Of a stretch of 64,000 bases of DNA, positions 12,899 through 25,545 are shown piece after piece. Every line of letters begins with the position of its first letter. Positions within the stretch are counted from its first letter, which is position 1. The notes under the pieces are model-generated. The model worked only from the letters and a program-made list of their open reading frames with translations, did no database searches and was not told the origin of the DNA. Position numbers and translations under genes: made by a program. Origin of the DNA: Mobula hypostoma (Eukaryota); assembly GCF_963921235.1 (NCBI RefSeq), contig NC_086097.1, positions 214,026,001-214,090,000 on the forward strand, written 5' to 3'.

Positions 12899-13984
12899 TT
12901 GCGTGTGTGTGTGTGTGTGTGTGTGTTTTTGTGTGTGTGCATGCGTGTGTGTGTGTGTGTTTGCGCATGCGTGTGTGTGTGTGCGCGTGCGTGTGTGTGT
13001 GTTTGTGTGGGGGTGTGTGTGTGCGTGCGTGTGTGTGTGTTTGTGTGGGGGTGTGTGTGTGCGCGTGCGTGTGTGTGTGTGCGCGTGCGTGTGTGTGTGT
13101 TTGTGTGGGGGTGTGTGTGTGCGTGTGTGTGTGTTTGTGTGGGGGTGTGTGTGTGCGTGCGTGTGTGTGTTTGCATGCGTGTGTGTGTGCGCGTGCGTGT
13201 GTGTGTGTGTGTGTTTTTGTGTGTGTGCGTGCGTGTGTGTGTGTGTTTGCGCATGCGTGTGTGTTTGCGCGTGCGTGTGTGTGTGCGCGTGCGTGTGTGT
13301 GTGTTTGTGTGGGGGTGTGTGTGTGCGTGCGTGTGTGTGTTTGCATGCGTGTGTGTGCGTGCATGCGTGTGCGTGTGTGTGTGTGCGTGCATGCGTGTGC
13401 GTGTGTGTGTGTTTGTGTGGGTGTGTGTGTGTGCGTGCGTGTGTGTGTGTTTGTGTGGGGGTGTGTGTGTGCGTGCGTGTGTGTGTGTTTGCGCATGCGT
13501 GTGTGTGTTTGTGTGGGGGTGTGTGTGTGCGTGCGTGTGTGTGTTTGCATGCGTGTGTGTGTGCGCGTGCGTGTGTGTGTGTGTGTGTGTGTTTTTGTGT
13601 GTGTGCATGCGTGTGTGTGTGCGTGTGTGTGTGTGTTTGCGCATGCGTGTGTGTGTGCGCGTGCGTGTGTGTGTGCGCGTGCGTGTGTGTGTGTTTGTGT
13701 GGGGGTGTGTGTGTGCGTGCGTGTGTGTGTTTGCATGCGTGTGTGTGCATGCGTGTGTGTGCGTGCATGCGTGTGCGTGTGTGTGTGTGCGTGCATGCGT
13801 GTGCGTGTGTGTGTGTTTGTGTGGGGGTGTGTGTGTGCGTGCGTGTGTGTGTTTGCATGCGTGTGTGTGTGTGCGTGCGTGTGTGTGTTTGTGTGTGCGT
13901 GCATGCGTGTGTGTGTTTGTGTGTGCGTGCATGCGTGTGCGTGTGTGTGTGTGTGCGTGCATGCGTGTGCGTGTGTGTGTGTGT
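12899..13984. repeat. Complex (GT)n/(GC)n microsatellite with higher-order blocks
   Basis: ~1.1 kb of GT dinucleotides interspersed with recurring GTTTGTGTGGGGGT, GCGTGC and GCATGC motifs. Confidence 0.98.
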
Positions 13985-14880
13985 GATTAAATTAAGTCAG
14001 TAGTGCAAAAGGAGACCAAAAAAAGAAAAAAAAAGTAGTGAGGTAGTTCTCATGGGTTCATTGTCCATTCAGAAATCTCACGGCAGGGGGGAAGAATCTG
14101 TTCCTAAAATGGTAAGTGTGTGTCTTCTTGCTCCTGTACCTCCTTAATGACGGCAACGAGAAGAGGGCATGTCCTGCCTGATGGACGTCCTTAACAATGG
14201 ATACCACTTTTGGCATCACATTTTCAATATGTTGCTATGAATAGGATTTGGCAAAGGTTGAAAATTTAAATGTCCAAAGGTTTCAAAACTTAAAAATGCC
14301 AAGTGGTTTTAAGCTTAGCTAGATCCTAACTAATTCAGATAAATTATGAACCCTATCAGAAGTTTTTCATATTAATTTTCTGAATCTTTGGTCACCTTTA
14401 CTGTATTTAACTCCAAAGTCAAAGTGAAATTTATTATCAGAGTACATTCATGTCACCACATACAACACTAAGCTTTCTTTTCTGTGGGAATACTTAGCAA
14501 ATCTGTAGATCAGTAACTGTAAACAGGATCAATGGACAACAAATTGTTCAAATGAAGATATAAATAAATAGCAATAAATAACGAGCATGAAATAACAAGA
14601 TAAGAATTCTTAAGTGAGTGTAGTTATCCCCTTTTGTTCAAGAGCCTGATGGTTGAAGGATAGTAATTGTTCTTAAACCTGGAGGTGCGAGTCCTGAGGC
14701 ATCTGTACCTTCTACCTGATGGCAGCAGTGAGAAAAGAGCATAGCCTGGGTGCATTATAAATGAAAATATTATTTAAAAATCCAGTAAATCATAGAACAG
14801 TTGTATATCTACGCCACATGTGCAAAGAATGGCTATATCTTAAATATTTTCTCCCCCTTCTCCCTCTCCACAGCAGAATG

Positions 14881-15960
14881 GAATCAGATCAGAGCCCAGT
14901 TTATTATCACTAACTTGTATCATGAAATTTGTTGTTTTTCCAACAGCACAATACTGAAAAACTACCATGTTACAATAAGAAATATATAAAAAATAAACAG
15001 TGCAAAGACAGCAAAACAGTGAGGTAGTGATCATGGACTTTTCAGAAATCTGATAGCGAAGGGGAAGGAGTTGTTCCTAAAATGTTGAGTGTGTGTCCTC
15101 AGTCTCCTGTCCCTCCTCGCTTATGGGAGTAGCGAGAAGAGGGCATGTCCTGGATGGTGAGAAGTAGCGAGGAGAGGGCATGTCCCGGAGTAGCGAGAAG
15201 TAGCGAGAAGAGGGCGCGTCCCGGATGGTGAGAAGTAGCGAGGAGAGGGTGCGTCCCGGATGGTGAGAAGTAGCGAGAAGAGGGCGCGTCCCGGATGGTG
15301 AGAAGTAGCGAGAAGAGGGTGCGTCCCGGATGGTGAGAAGTAGCGAGAAGAGGGCGCGTCCCGGATGGTGAGAAGTAGCGAGAAGAGGGCGCGTCCCGGA
15401 TGGTGAGAAGTAGCGAGAAGAGGGTGCGTCCCGGATGGTGAGAAGTAGCGAGAAGAGGGCGCGTCCCGGATGGTGAGAAGTAGCGAGAAGAGGGTGCGTC
15501 CCGGATGGTGAGAAGTAGCGAGAAGAGGGCGCGTCCCGGATGGTGAGAAGTAGCGAGAAGAGGGCCCGTCCCGGATGGTGAGAAGTAGCGAGAAGAGGGC
15601 GCGTCCCGGATGGTGAGAAGTAGCGAGGAGAGGGCATGTCCCGGATGGTGAGAAGTAGCGAGGAGAGGGCATGTCCCGGAGTAGCGAGAAGTAGCGAGAA
15701 GAGGGCGCGTCCCAGATGGTGAGAAGTAGCGAGAAGAGGGCGCGTCCCGGATGGTGAGAAGTAGCGAGAAGAGGGCCCGTCCCGGATGGTGAGAAGTAGC
15801 GAGAAGAGGGCGCGTCCCGGATGGTGAGAAGTAGCGAGGAGAGGGCATGTCCTGGAGTAGCGAGGAGAGGGCGCGTCCCGGATGGTGAGAAGTAGCGAAA
15901 GAGGGCGTGTCCCGGATGGTGAGGGTCCTTAATGATCGTTACCTCTTTTTGAGGCACTGG
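14881..15960 (-). mobile_element. Rex-like LINE 3' end hosting a minisatellite
   Basis: Minus-strand IIKDPHHPGHALF peptide and GAATCAGA...TTTATTATCAC tail shared with other copies (e.g. 37330-37885, 14000-14220). Confidence 0.7.
15128..15923. repeat. 35-bp minisatellite, about 22-23 units
   Basis: Unit CCCGGATGGTGAGAAGTAGCGAGAAGAGGGCGCGT repeated head-to-tail with few variants. Confidence 0.97.
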
Positions 15961-17609
15961 GTTTGTGAAGCAACACATATCTACTTGATTCAACATTTCT
16001 AGTAAAGTGCAAACAAATACTGAAGTAATTAAAATATTACTGCATCTGTAAATTTGATTAATGGACTCTGCTGAAATCCCTTAGAGAGATGCAAAGGGTA
16101 ACAAGGCTGCAACAGTAAGCAAAATAAATCAGCTTGGTCTACCACTCTTGATAGAAAACTGGTGCCATTTACCAGAAAATTTATACACCCAGTCATGGGT
16201 TGTGATTAGAGCCAGGTCTAGCTGTGAAAGGAGAAGAAAATCAATCCTCATTTAATCATTAATATGACATCCTTTTCAATACTCTACCGAATTAACAGCA
16301 AGTAATTTCAGGATGCTCTTTTTTTTGGGAGGCATCCTGCAGCCCAAAGGGACACCTAGAGGCCAGCAAAGAACATGCAGATTTTTGTACTTGCGAGTTG
16401 ATGCTTCCTTCCCCTGGCTCCATGCATCAATAATTGAATCTGCTGGTGTCAGCCCTTGACACTGGCCCTTCAATCAGCTTCCTATTCCCCAGGACTTGCT
16501 CTGCAGAGATTTTAGGATTCCACCCCATCCCTCACCCTCCCCCACAACTACAAGTAATTCCTGTTTTCCCTTACCGCCACTGAGGTAAAGTTAATCAGGC
16601 CTTCAGCCTGTTTCCAAGCTGCTTTGCAGAATGTGGGAGGACTGGGAAAAAGACACTAATTTTCACATATGATGCAATTCAGCTGGATGATCATTCTTCT
16701 TGACAGTAATTACTCCCTTTAATGTTTTGTCAACACAGAAGTTCAAAGAAATTTGAGATGTACGAAAATACATAACACTTCTGATTAACTGATGACTTTG
16801 TATAGTCTATAAGCAAGAAATATTATGAGTTACTGTTGACAGGAAACCTCTGCAGGAGAGTTTTTAAAGTGGAAAAACCATTGAACTGGGGCAGTTCCAC
16901 TCTCCCGACCTCAGAATAGTGTAGTGATTGTTATTTCAGATAACGCTTACCATCTGACATATCTTCATCTTGAACGAATTAAATTTATGATACAACTTTA
17001 GTATCAGAGTATAGCATCTTATTTAGTGTCCAATTCTACTTAGCACCTATGACTAGATTTGTAATTACCAATGGTTAATTTCGTCCTTCCTGCCAAAATT
17101 CTACGCACCCTTTTAGCATAAGAGTACTGCTTACTCTAACAACTACTCACTCAGTAGAGACCCAGAACCAATCAGTTTTCTTGGATTTTATAATTTAGTG
17201 CTGATAACTGCTGATAGCTTACCATGTAGGCTCCTGGAGATGAATAAACATTCGATGGTTTCAGGCCAAGACCCTTCATTTCCATAAGTGGGGCCCGACA
17301 TGCCGACTTTCTCCAACATTTATTTTGACGTTGCTCTGGGCTTCCAGCATCTGCAGAAGCTCTTGCTTATGATTTGAGGCTTCTGGAGAGTTGCCTGGTG
17401 TTATTTTCACAGAAAGGCCACTTTATAGTTGCTGAGCTCAAACAATCAGAAAATTTAAATCAATAAGAAATTTGGATAGAAATCTTAAAGTCCATTTTAA
17501 AAAATATTGTTATTGTTCTTATCACTATGCTTTTACTTCAGACTATTGCAACATCAATTTACAACTAACCTGGACACAGCATATCTGTATTTTATGTGAG
17601 GCAGGTATG

Positions 17610-18520
17610 TTATTCCGATTGGAGGTCTGTGACAAGTGATGTTCCACACAGGTCAGTGCTGGGACGTCTTGTTTGTGATTATATGTATTTAAATGAATAT
17701 GTAGATAGGCTTATTAGTTTGCAGACAACACAACAATTGTTGGAGTTGTGAATAGTAAGGAGTCTGGTCAGAGGATTCAGCAGAATATCAGCCAGTCGGA
17801 ATTGTAAGCAGATAAATAGAAGATAAAGATTGATCTAGACAAGTGTGAGGTGCTGTACTTCAGGTCAGAAGTAAGAAGAAAGTATACGATAAATGGCAGT
17901 ATTTTTAGAGCATTGATATATAGGAAGGATGTTCATAGATCTCTGAAGGTAGCAATACAAATAGAAAAGGAGGCATACAGCATGCTTGCCTTCAGAAAGG
18001 GTGTTGAATAAAAAAGTTGTGAAGTCATGTTGCAACTGTATAAAACTTTGATTTGCCCAATTTTGGAGTATCGTGCGCAGTTCTGGTTGTTGCATTACAG
18101 GAGGGATGTGGAGACTTTGGAGAGGGTGAAAATGAGGTTCACTAGGATGTTGCCTGGATTGAGAGTTTTAGCAATATGGAGAGGTTGGATGAACTTGTTT
18201 TCTTTGGAGCATCAGAGACTGAGTGGGCAAACTGATGCATAAATATATTATGAGAGACATTAATGTGATACATAGTTCTTCTTCTATGTTTTCCCAGGTT
18301 GAAATATCAAATACTGGAGGGTATAGCTTTAAGGTGAGAGGGAAAAATTTTTTTACAGAGTAGTAGATGCCTGGAATGCATTACCAAGGGCAATGGTGCA
18401 ATAGCAACAATTAAGAGGCATTTTGACAAGCACAGAACAGGGGTGGGGGTGGGTGTAAACGTACCGGCAAATGTACAGTTTAAATTAGCATCATGGTCAA
18501 CATAGACAGGACTGAAGGGC
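17610..18520 (+). mobile_element. Old CR1 LINE 3' fragment
   Basis: MLQLYKTLICPILEYRAQFW...RFTRMLPGL peptide; heavily decayed. Confidence 0.85.
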
Positions 18521-18784
18521 ATGTTACTGTGTTATTTTATGAAAAATTTGATTAAAAAATTGATTAGTTTTAGTTACTCGACTGATGACTAGTTGAGAGA
18601 ACCATTAATTTGAACAGAAGTTTCCATCATTAATTTCCATGTTTTTTTCATTCAGCATTCAGCTAAATAACACCCATTGATAACAAAAATTAACATTGTT
18701 CTTTCTTAAGTGGAAGTTGAATTATGGGTATTTATCATCACTCTAAGCTTTGTTTACATGAAGCCCAAATTGTCTACCTTGCAG

Positions 18785-18869
18785 GTCACAGTCGGTGGTG
18801 GAACCAGGTATACTGAAGCAAGAAGACAGGGATGATGATAACACCCAACCACTACTGGCTCTGGATTGA
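18785..18869 (+). CDS. CLVS1: Clavesin terminal coding exon, most likely CLVS1
   Basis: After a pyrimidine-rich ...ccttgcag acceptor it reads (R)SQSVVEPGILKQEDRDDDNTQPLLALD*, resembling the CLVS1 C-terminus with clathrin box LLALD. Convergent adjacency to ASPH matches known vertebrate synteny. Upstream exons were not found in the window. Confidence 0.92.
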
Positions 18870-19443
18870 ATTAACTGTTAACTACATGGCTGGATCTCTG
18901 AGGTGCAAACATTTACAGAGCATTTACTTAAATCAAATCACTTTCAGTTACATTTTCTTTCATTAAAATGGCAAAATTCAGGTATCACCAGCTTTCTCAT
19001 CAGAACTGCCAGAAGTTGATTTAAAACTGAGAGCATTTGAAATAAGATACTTGAAGGACTTTCTATCCGCAGTGGGCAACCTGACAATAACCATGGAAGG
19101 ATTACAGATATTGGCACTTTGCTTACAGAAGAAGGAAAAGATCCAATACGGCAGAACTATTTAGATCTTGATACCAGGCATGCAATTTTCTGACATATTT
19201 GTGCCTTTCCAAGAAAGGCCATGTTTTTATATTTCACTATCAGATTGGAAAACTTAAAAAAAAAACAAATTTCAAACAGAAGGCAGGATGAAAAACCATT
19301 TATTAATGTGCCAAAGATCCAATAGTTTTTTCCATTCTTATTTATTTTCTGAATGAACACCAAACATCTATTGATGTATTTTAGTTAAATTCAGTAAATG
19401 AAGCTAACTTTATCAAACAAAATGTTGTTTGGCTAAGTGGATG

Positions 19444-19449
19444 AATAAA
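19444..19449 (+). promoter_or_regulatory. Candidate CLVS1 polyadenylation signal (AATAAA)
   Basis: AATAAA ~575 nt after the stop codon, followed by a T/GT-rich tract (ctttcttctgtgttttattt). An alternative AATAAA is at 20725-20730. Confidence 0.4.
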
Positions 19450-21139
19450 ACAATTACTCACTTTCTTCTGTGTTTTATTTTGGGAAACATAGGTCTTGTA
19501 CAGTATGTTACAAAGCTTTTGTGTTCATTAGTAAGTCACAGATATTTTGCCCAGCATTCTTCACTGTAATTAAATGTTTACAATGCAATGAAGGTTCTTA
19601 ATACAAGTTGCATTAAAGCATAACTTAAGTGTGAAGCATAAAAACTTTCATTTCAAGTACCTTTTTCCAATTGGAGACACAGTATTGATAGTTGTAACAG
19701 TGATCGCTGCAAAAGCAGAAGATGTCAGAAATACCCAACAGCATCAACACTACTGAAGAGTTACTGGCCTGGAATGATGACACCGTTACTCTCTCCACAG
19801 ATACTGCTTCACATGCTAAAAATGTCATTTTCTGTTTTGGTTTCAGTTTTTTTTGCTCCTGAAGTGGTGGTTGCATTTTGTTCAAAGAATACTAGGCTTA
19901 TACTATTTGCAAAAATGTATACATTCTATTTGTTCCATAACTGAAAAGATATTTAAAACAAAAGCAAAGCTAAAACTGGGCTTTGCATAACTCAGTCAAG
20001 TTATTGGTGAAGGAAAAGATTTGACTCACATTTATTTAAAAAAAACCTCCCAAACTCAGGAGTATGAGCTTCCCTCAAAGCTGTAGTACTCACAGTTAAA
20101 ATGCACATCTGCTTCCATGAAACCACTTCAATAACGAATCAAATTGACATTATACCAGTACTTACAATACATTCACGTAACACTCAGAGCAAATGTATTT
20201 TATCCAATGATATACAGTAGTGTTGACTTCAAAATTATCATCCCAGCATTCAAAGACAGTCAAAAAGAATTGCAATACAGTTATCAATGGACTCAAAAAA
20301 AAAACAAACTGTTCTTTTAAAAAGAAAGTCAAAAACAAAATCTAATCTATGTGTTCCCACATAACAAAATAGAAAGTAGAGTCTCCCATAGGTTTAAATT
20401 AAAACTTATACCAAGTATTCTTCCAAAAACAAAGCTGGACCTCTGATAATATTTTAATTGATATACTAAATTAGAACTTGTTTGAAAATTAGGTCAAGAA
20501 AGGAAAACAATCATCTGCTTAATATCAGCTCTCTGCAAATGTACAACATATGGAAACTTTAACATCCATACACAATATTTCAATTGGCTAAACATCTTAT
20601 CATCTTAAATATTTTTGAATAATAGTTTACCAAATGTAACAATATCAATATCTGTCAAAGAGAAAATTGTTTTAAATCTCACTGAAGATCACTTTGATGT
20701 TCCATTTTTTGACTAAGCCCTGACAATAAACAGATGTCAAATTTTATCAGACTGATTGTCACTGGAATGCTGGGTCCTGTGCAGCTTTAGCCACCACTAC
20801 AAGCATATTGACTTCAGTGCATCAGAAAAGAGGTAAAGAAAACAAAGCATCAATGCACAGGGATTCCATAGTAATATAAAGTTAGGAGATTCAATTACAT
20901 TTGCATTATACAGGATTCCAATAAAACCATTACGGAAGTGATAGAGAACAATAAACCAGATGAGCAGAAACACAAAGCAACTCCTGCCTGTGCAGCCAAT
21001 CCAATTCCTCTGGGTGACTTGGTCGATAAACCCATCAAGGCAGGCATTCACAGACTTAGACCAACAGAACTATAAACTCAAACAAAAGGTAATTTTAAAA
21101 TCACAGTCACTAAACATTTTAAATTAAGGTACCATATTC

Positions 21140-22055
21140 ACCTAGGTTTTTCCAATACATTATTCTCCGCACTCCGTATCTAGCACGTCATTCTCTGCAA
21201 CTTCCGCTATTTTCAATAGGATCCTGCCATCAAACACTTCTTTACATCCCCCTCCCCAGGGATCACTCATTCATGATTCCCTTGTCTATCTGTCCCTCAC
21301 CACTAATCTTCCTCCTGGCAAATATTCTGACAGCTGACAGAAATGCTACACTATCCCATTCGCATCCTCCCTTACATCCATTCAGGCCCCTAAACAGTTC
21401 TTCCAGGTGAGGCAGCACTTCACCTGTGAATCTATTGGGCTCGTCTATTGTATTCAGTGTTCTTGATCCGACCTCCTCTACACTGGTGAGGCCCAACACA
21501 AGTTTAAGAACTGCTTTGTTGAGCACCTCCCCTCCTTCCACCAAAAAACGGAATTACCCGGTGGTCAACCATTTTAATTCCTATCCCCATTACTGTTCCG
21601 ACAAGTATGCCCATGACCTTTTCAGCCACAATGAGGCCACTCTCAGGGTGGAGGATAAACACCTCATATTCCATATAGGTAGTCTTCAACCTGATGGCAT
21701 GAACATTGAGTTCTCCTTCTGGTAATTTTACCTCTCCTCCTTTCCTCTTCTATTCTCCTCTCTGGCCTCTTACCTCTTCTTCTCACCTGCCTATCAACTC
21801 CTCCTGGTATCCCTTCTTCCCATTCTCCCATGGTACTCTCTCCTCTCCTATCAGATTCCTACTTCTCCAACCCTTTAGCTTCACCTATTACTTCCTAGCT
21901 AGTCCTCCTTTCCTTCCCCCTACCCTTTTATTCTGAGGTCCTCTCCCTTCCTTTCCAGTCCTGAAGAAGGGCCTCAGCCTGAAACATTGATAATTCATTT
22001 CTATAGATGGAGACTGACCTGCGGAGTTGCCCCACGTTTTGTGTGTGTTACTCTG
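21140..22055 (+). mobile_element. Decayed Penelope-like element 3' part, with degenerate hammerhead at 21957-21992
   Basis: NHFNS...EATLRVEDKHLIFHIGSLQPDGMNIEFS peptide homologous to the 8784..9110 ORF; AGTC-CTGAAGA-AGGGCCTCAGCCT-GAAA-CATT motif. Confidence 0.85.
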
Positions 22056-22314
22056 TTCCTTAATGTTCTGCTGTCTAAATGGTCCGCCAAAATATGTGAA
22101 TAAATAATTGGTAGTTGCCTTTTCCCACTCTCTGGACAAGCTTGTAATCCTTATCTTTCTCTAGGGATCTGACTGCTCACATAACTGCTCTGAGATAAAA
22201 TTATCTTGATTATTCCTATGTGGTAAATCCAGTCCTCCTTGCCTTGCCCCTGCAACATTAAGTCTGTCATTTATACTTAGCATAATAAATTTCAATGTAA
22301 AAACATATGGTCAT

Positions 22315-22320
22315 TTTATT
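22315..22320 (-). promoter_or_regulatory. Candidate ASPH polyadenylation signal (AATAAA on minus strand)
   Basis: TTTATT on the plus strand ~1.3 kb past the ASPH stop, with T-rich sequence downstream on the minus strand. Other candidates at 20031 and 19474. Confidence 0.4.
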
Positions 22321-23613
22321 GTAGATGTATTATGGTTGTCACAAGCCATCTGCTTTTTGGCATTTTGCACAGATGCATCAGCCATCTATTGATGACTGCG
22401 CCTTTCACATTGGCATTTGTTCATTTTTGTCACATGAAAAAAGTTCAACACTGGCATCTAAATCAGTTAGCATCTTATGGGAATGCAGTGTGACTTCTTT
22501 TCACAGAAAACATAATTCTACACTCAAAAAGCATATCACCTTTATAAGTGAAGCTAGCAATATTGGAAAGCAACTTACTCTTTACTTACCATGATGTACG
22601 TTAATTCAACTCCTCGAACAGTGAACACTTGAAATACTGCTGGGGAAATGACTTTGGATGAGTTTCTAAGCGCAGTGTGGGGGAGGCTAAGTATAAGCAC
22701 TGATACATCTGTTAATTCAGGATGCTTCAGTGATCATGTCATTTCAACTCTGTGTGTTAATCAATCTCGCTCACACTGTCAGGCTTAGTAACTTCACAAA
22801 GGCAGCTCTCCCATTGAGAGGAGTAACACACTTTGTGTAAACAAAAAGAAAATTCAGAACTGAAGCACAGGCCAAAACAATCTAAATTGATATTTCTTGA
22901 GAAATGATCAAAAAGTGCAATGGTACATCGAGCATTAATTGTCAGTGTAAGCTAAAAAAAAATGCTGTTTTCAGGTAAACCTGTAATAGAATGCACACAT
23001 AGTGATTAATTAAAATAATGAGGCATAGATCATCTTTATAAAACTGGTCAATATCTATGATTACGAAACTTATGAATATCTGTACAATTAAAGTAATCAA
23101 AATATATACAGATTGATTCCTTATGAAAATACCAAAGACCAGTTATGTGGATGGAACAGTACGAGTGCCTTACAGAAATTAGATAGAATATAATCAGCTT
23201 AAGTAATATAGTGAAAAACCATAGTATCCACTTTGATTTTCACAATGAAGAGACTGCTTGAGCCAAAGTATTGTGTACAGTGTATTGAAACTGTTCTATT
23301 TCCAATTGAAAAAGATGCCACGTTAATCTCATCCACCTTTTGTCACTGTGTTTCTTTTTGGAAGAGGACAGAACTCATTGTTATATTTAATATAAAAAAT
23401 ATCCTCTTAAAATTCCCCCCCACACAGACTTCTTAGTTAATCCACTATTTTTTTTCTTCCCCAAAATAGACCATCCTTTAACCTCAGAAAACTTCCCTGT
23501 ACCAACAGTTAAAAGAAATCAATAGAAGTCATTACACTTCATAACATAATAATTTCTTCATGTCATCTCAACTTCCAAAATTTCCTTCTTCACTTCATGT
23601 CTCAAGCATGTGA

Positions 23614-23764
23614 TTAGATTGGTGAAAGTGTTCTACGTTGGTGGGCTGTAAGGTCTGGATGCCAGACATCCACTATGAAGATAAGCCTGTAGCTGGCAGC
23701 ATCTTGCCAAACCTCATGCTCAAAACTATCGTCAAAGATGAGCACTTTTCCCTCCTTCCATTCT
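23614..23764 (-). CDS. ASPH: ASPH terminal coding exon (151 nt including TAA)
   Basis: (R)EWKEGKVLIFDDSFEHEVWQDAASYRLIFIVDVWHPDLTAHQRRTLSPI*; CAG acceptor; TAA at 23616-23614. Confidence 0.98.
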
Positions 23765-25411
23765 CTGCAAAAACAGGACAACATTGAATTGGATCAACAT
23801 CAGTGGAACAGTATTGAACATTACAGTGATACATAACATGTTGATATTGTTTTAAAGCCATCTGGAAAAGAAAACTGAGACATCACTAGATATGATCCAA
23901 TAATTATGCATCAAATCTGGGAGAAATATCTAATCTTGATTTTCTTGCATTGTAGGTACATGCTGGGTGCATACTTCATTAGCCTTTAAGTTTTGAAAAT
24001 TATCCAAAGCTGAGGCCGGTCCCATATAATAATAGGTCAGTTTGAACATCTCTGGTCACCTGCTTCTGGGCCATACAGGTTGTTCTACTGTGGTCTCAGA
24101 TGCAGACTTCTGGCATCCCAGTTCCCAGCATTTCAAAGGGCAGATTGCCTCCTACACTCACAAACTGGCTTTGCCTCCATTTGAGACTCCGCCTCCAGGC
24201 TATTCAGCTATCGATGCTGTCATAGTAACAGGGCTATTGTATGTTTGGTGGATGTTATTGAATAATAAATAAGACTTGCAAATTGATTAAAATACTTACA
24301 TTAATACACTAATAAAGACTTCTGCACTTTAAACTAGTTGTAACTCTGCTTACCTTTCTGTTATCAACCAATTTCTCCCTTTCATTTTAATTGGTTGCAG
24401 TTGTTAGTTGAATTTGGTGCAGACACAGCATTACTTTGCCAAAAGGTATTCTATTCCAGGCTGGCAATTTGTGGGTCTGAGCTTTGTGTTACCATATTCC
24501 ACTCCACCATGCAGACAGAGGCAGTTCACAGCGCTGGCTTTAGCTGGTATTGAAAACTGGGATACATGCTGAGTAGGGTCCAGCATTAGTACTGTTACTG
24601 GATTAAAAGTTCTGGGCTAATACTTTTGGTTTAGAAACTTATAAGTGGGACAAAGACAGTAAGCGGGAGTTGAGCGTTGGAATGTCTTTCACTTCAAATC
24701 CTATGTTTGGGGAAATGGCCAGATGCAACAATGCACCTGCATTTCAACATCTGCAGGGTGCCACTTTCCAGCAATGTGAAATCATTTCCGCTTTTCAAAG
24801 GATTAATGTCAATGGAAAAAGTTAGCATTCTTTTTGAAAAATATTAATTGGTTATTGGGGTGCATATCTGACACATTATTGTTCAAGTCCTGTAAGCGCA
24901 CATTCGAAACAGCATCAGATCAACTGGGGACAGCTGACAGATTTGAAGGAAAAAAACGTTACTTAAAATGTATATGTAAAGGAACTTCAGGAGAATGGAA
25001 TTCTACACTGAAGTGGAATTTCCACAGCTGTTCAGCCAGTTTCTCGAAGGAAATCCTGGAGTTATATAAGTAGATTGGATGGAGCTAAGTAGATTGGGAA
25101 AAGCTAGACAGAAGAATCAGAGATAATATGCATAATTGCAGTAATTCACATCTAGTCATATATTTTGAATATAAGAGATTGTGTGGATGCTGGAAATCCA
25201 GAGCAAAACACACAAAATGCTGGAGGAATTCAGCAAGTCAGGCAGTATCTATGGAAGTGAATAAATAGTTGATGTTTCGGGCTGAGGTCCTTCATCTAGC
25301 CATTTTTTCCCCATTGATTACACTTGCCTGAGACGACAAAATATTAAAATGCTGTTCTAATTTGTTCATTTGATTGTAGATGTATTCAATAAACATGAAG
25401 AAATCTCTCAC

Positions 25412-25545
25412 CTGGTGTCATTAGCACAGCGTATTCTACATCCCTCTTTAGGAATAACCAGGCCAAGATGCATTCTTAAACGACAGTTTGTTGGTCCAGT
25501 GTGAGGCCATACATGAGTCCCTGGCTGCATAACTGAATACTTAAT
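25412..25545 (-). CDS. ASPH: ASPH coding exon (134 nt), catalytic domain with first Fe-binding His
   Basis: IKYSVMQPGTHVWPHTGPTNCRLRMHLGLVIPKEGCRIRCANDT(R); TAG / GTGAGA boundaries. Confidence 0.98.

Noticed and set aside
12766..14003. Six long ORFs (329-398 aa) rich in His/Thr or Val/Cys
   Set aside because: Stop-free reading of a (GT)n array in all frames; no coding signal.
15128..15923. CRISPR-like array (repeat length ~35 nt)
   Set aside because: Units are contiguous with no unique spacers, there are no cas genes, the context is eukaryotic, and the unit derives from a LINE tail.
15077..15996. Three repetitive minus-strand ORFs
   Set aside because: Produced by the 35-bp tandem unit lacking minus-strand stops.
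1..18784. Upstream CLVS1 exons (CRAL-TRIO domain)
   Set aside because: No matching peptide was recognised by eye or in the ORF track; they probably lie upstream of the window. A spliced alignment would be decisive.
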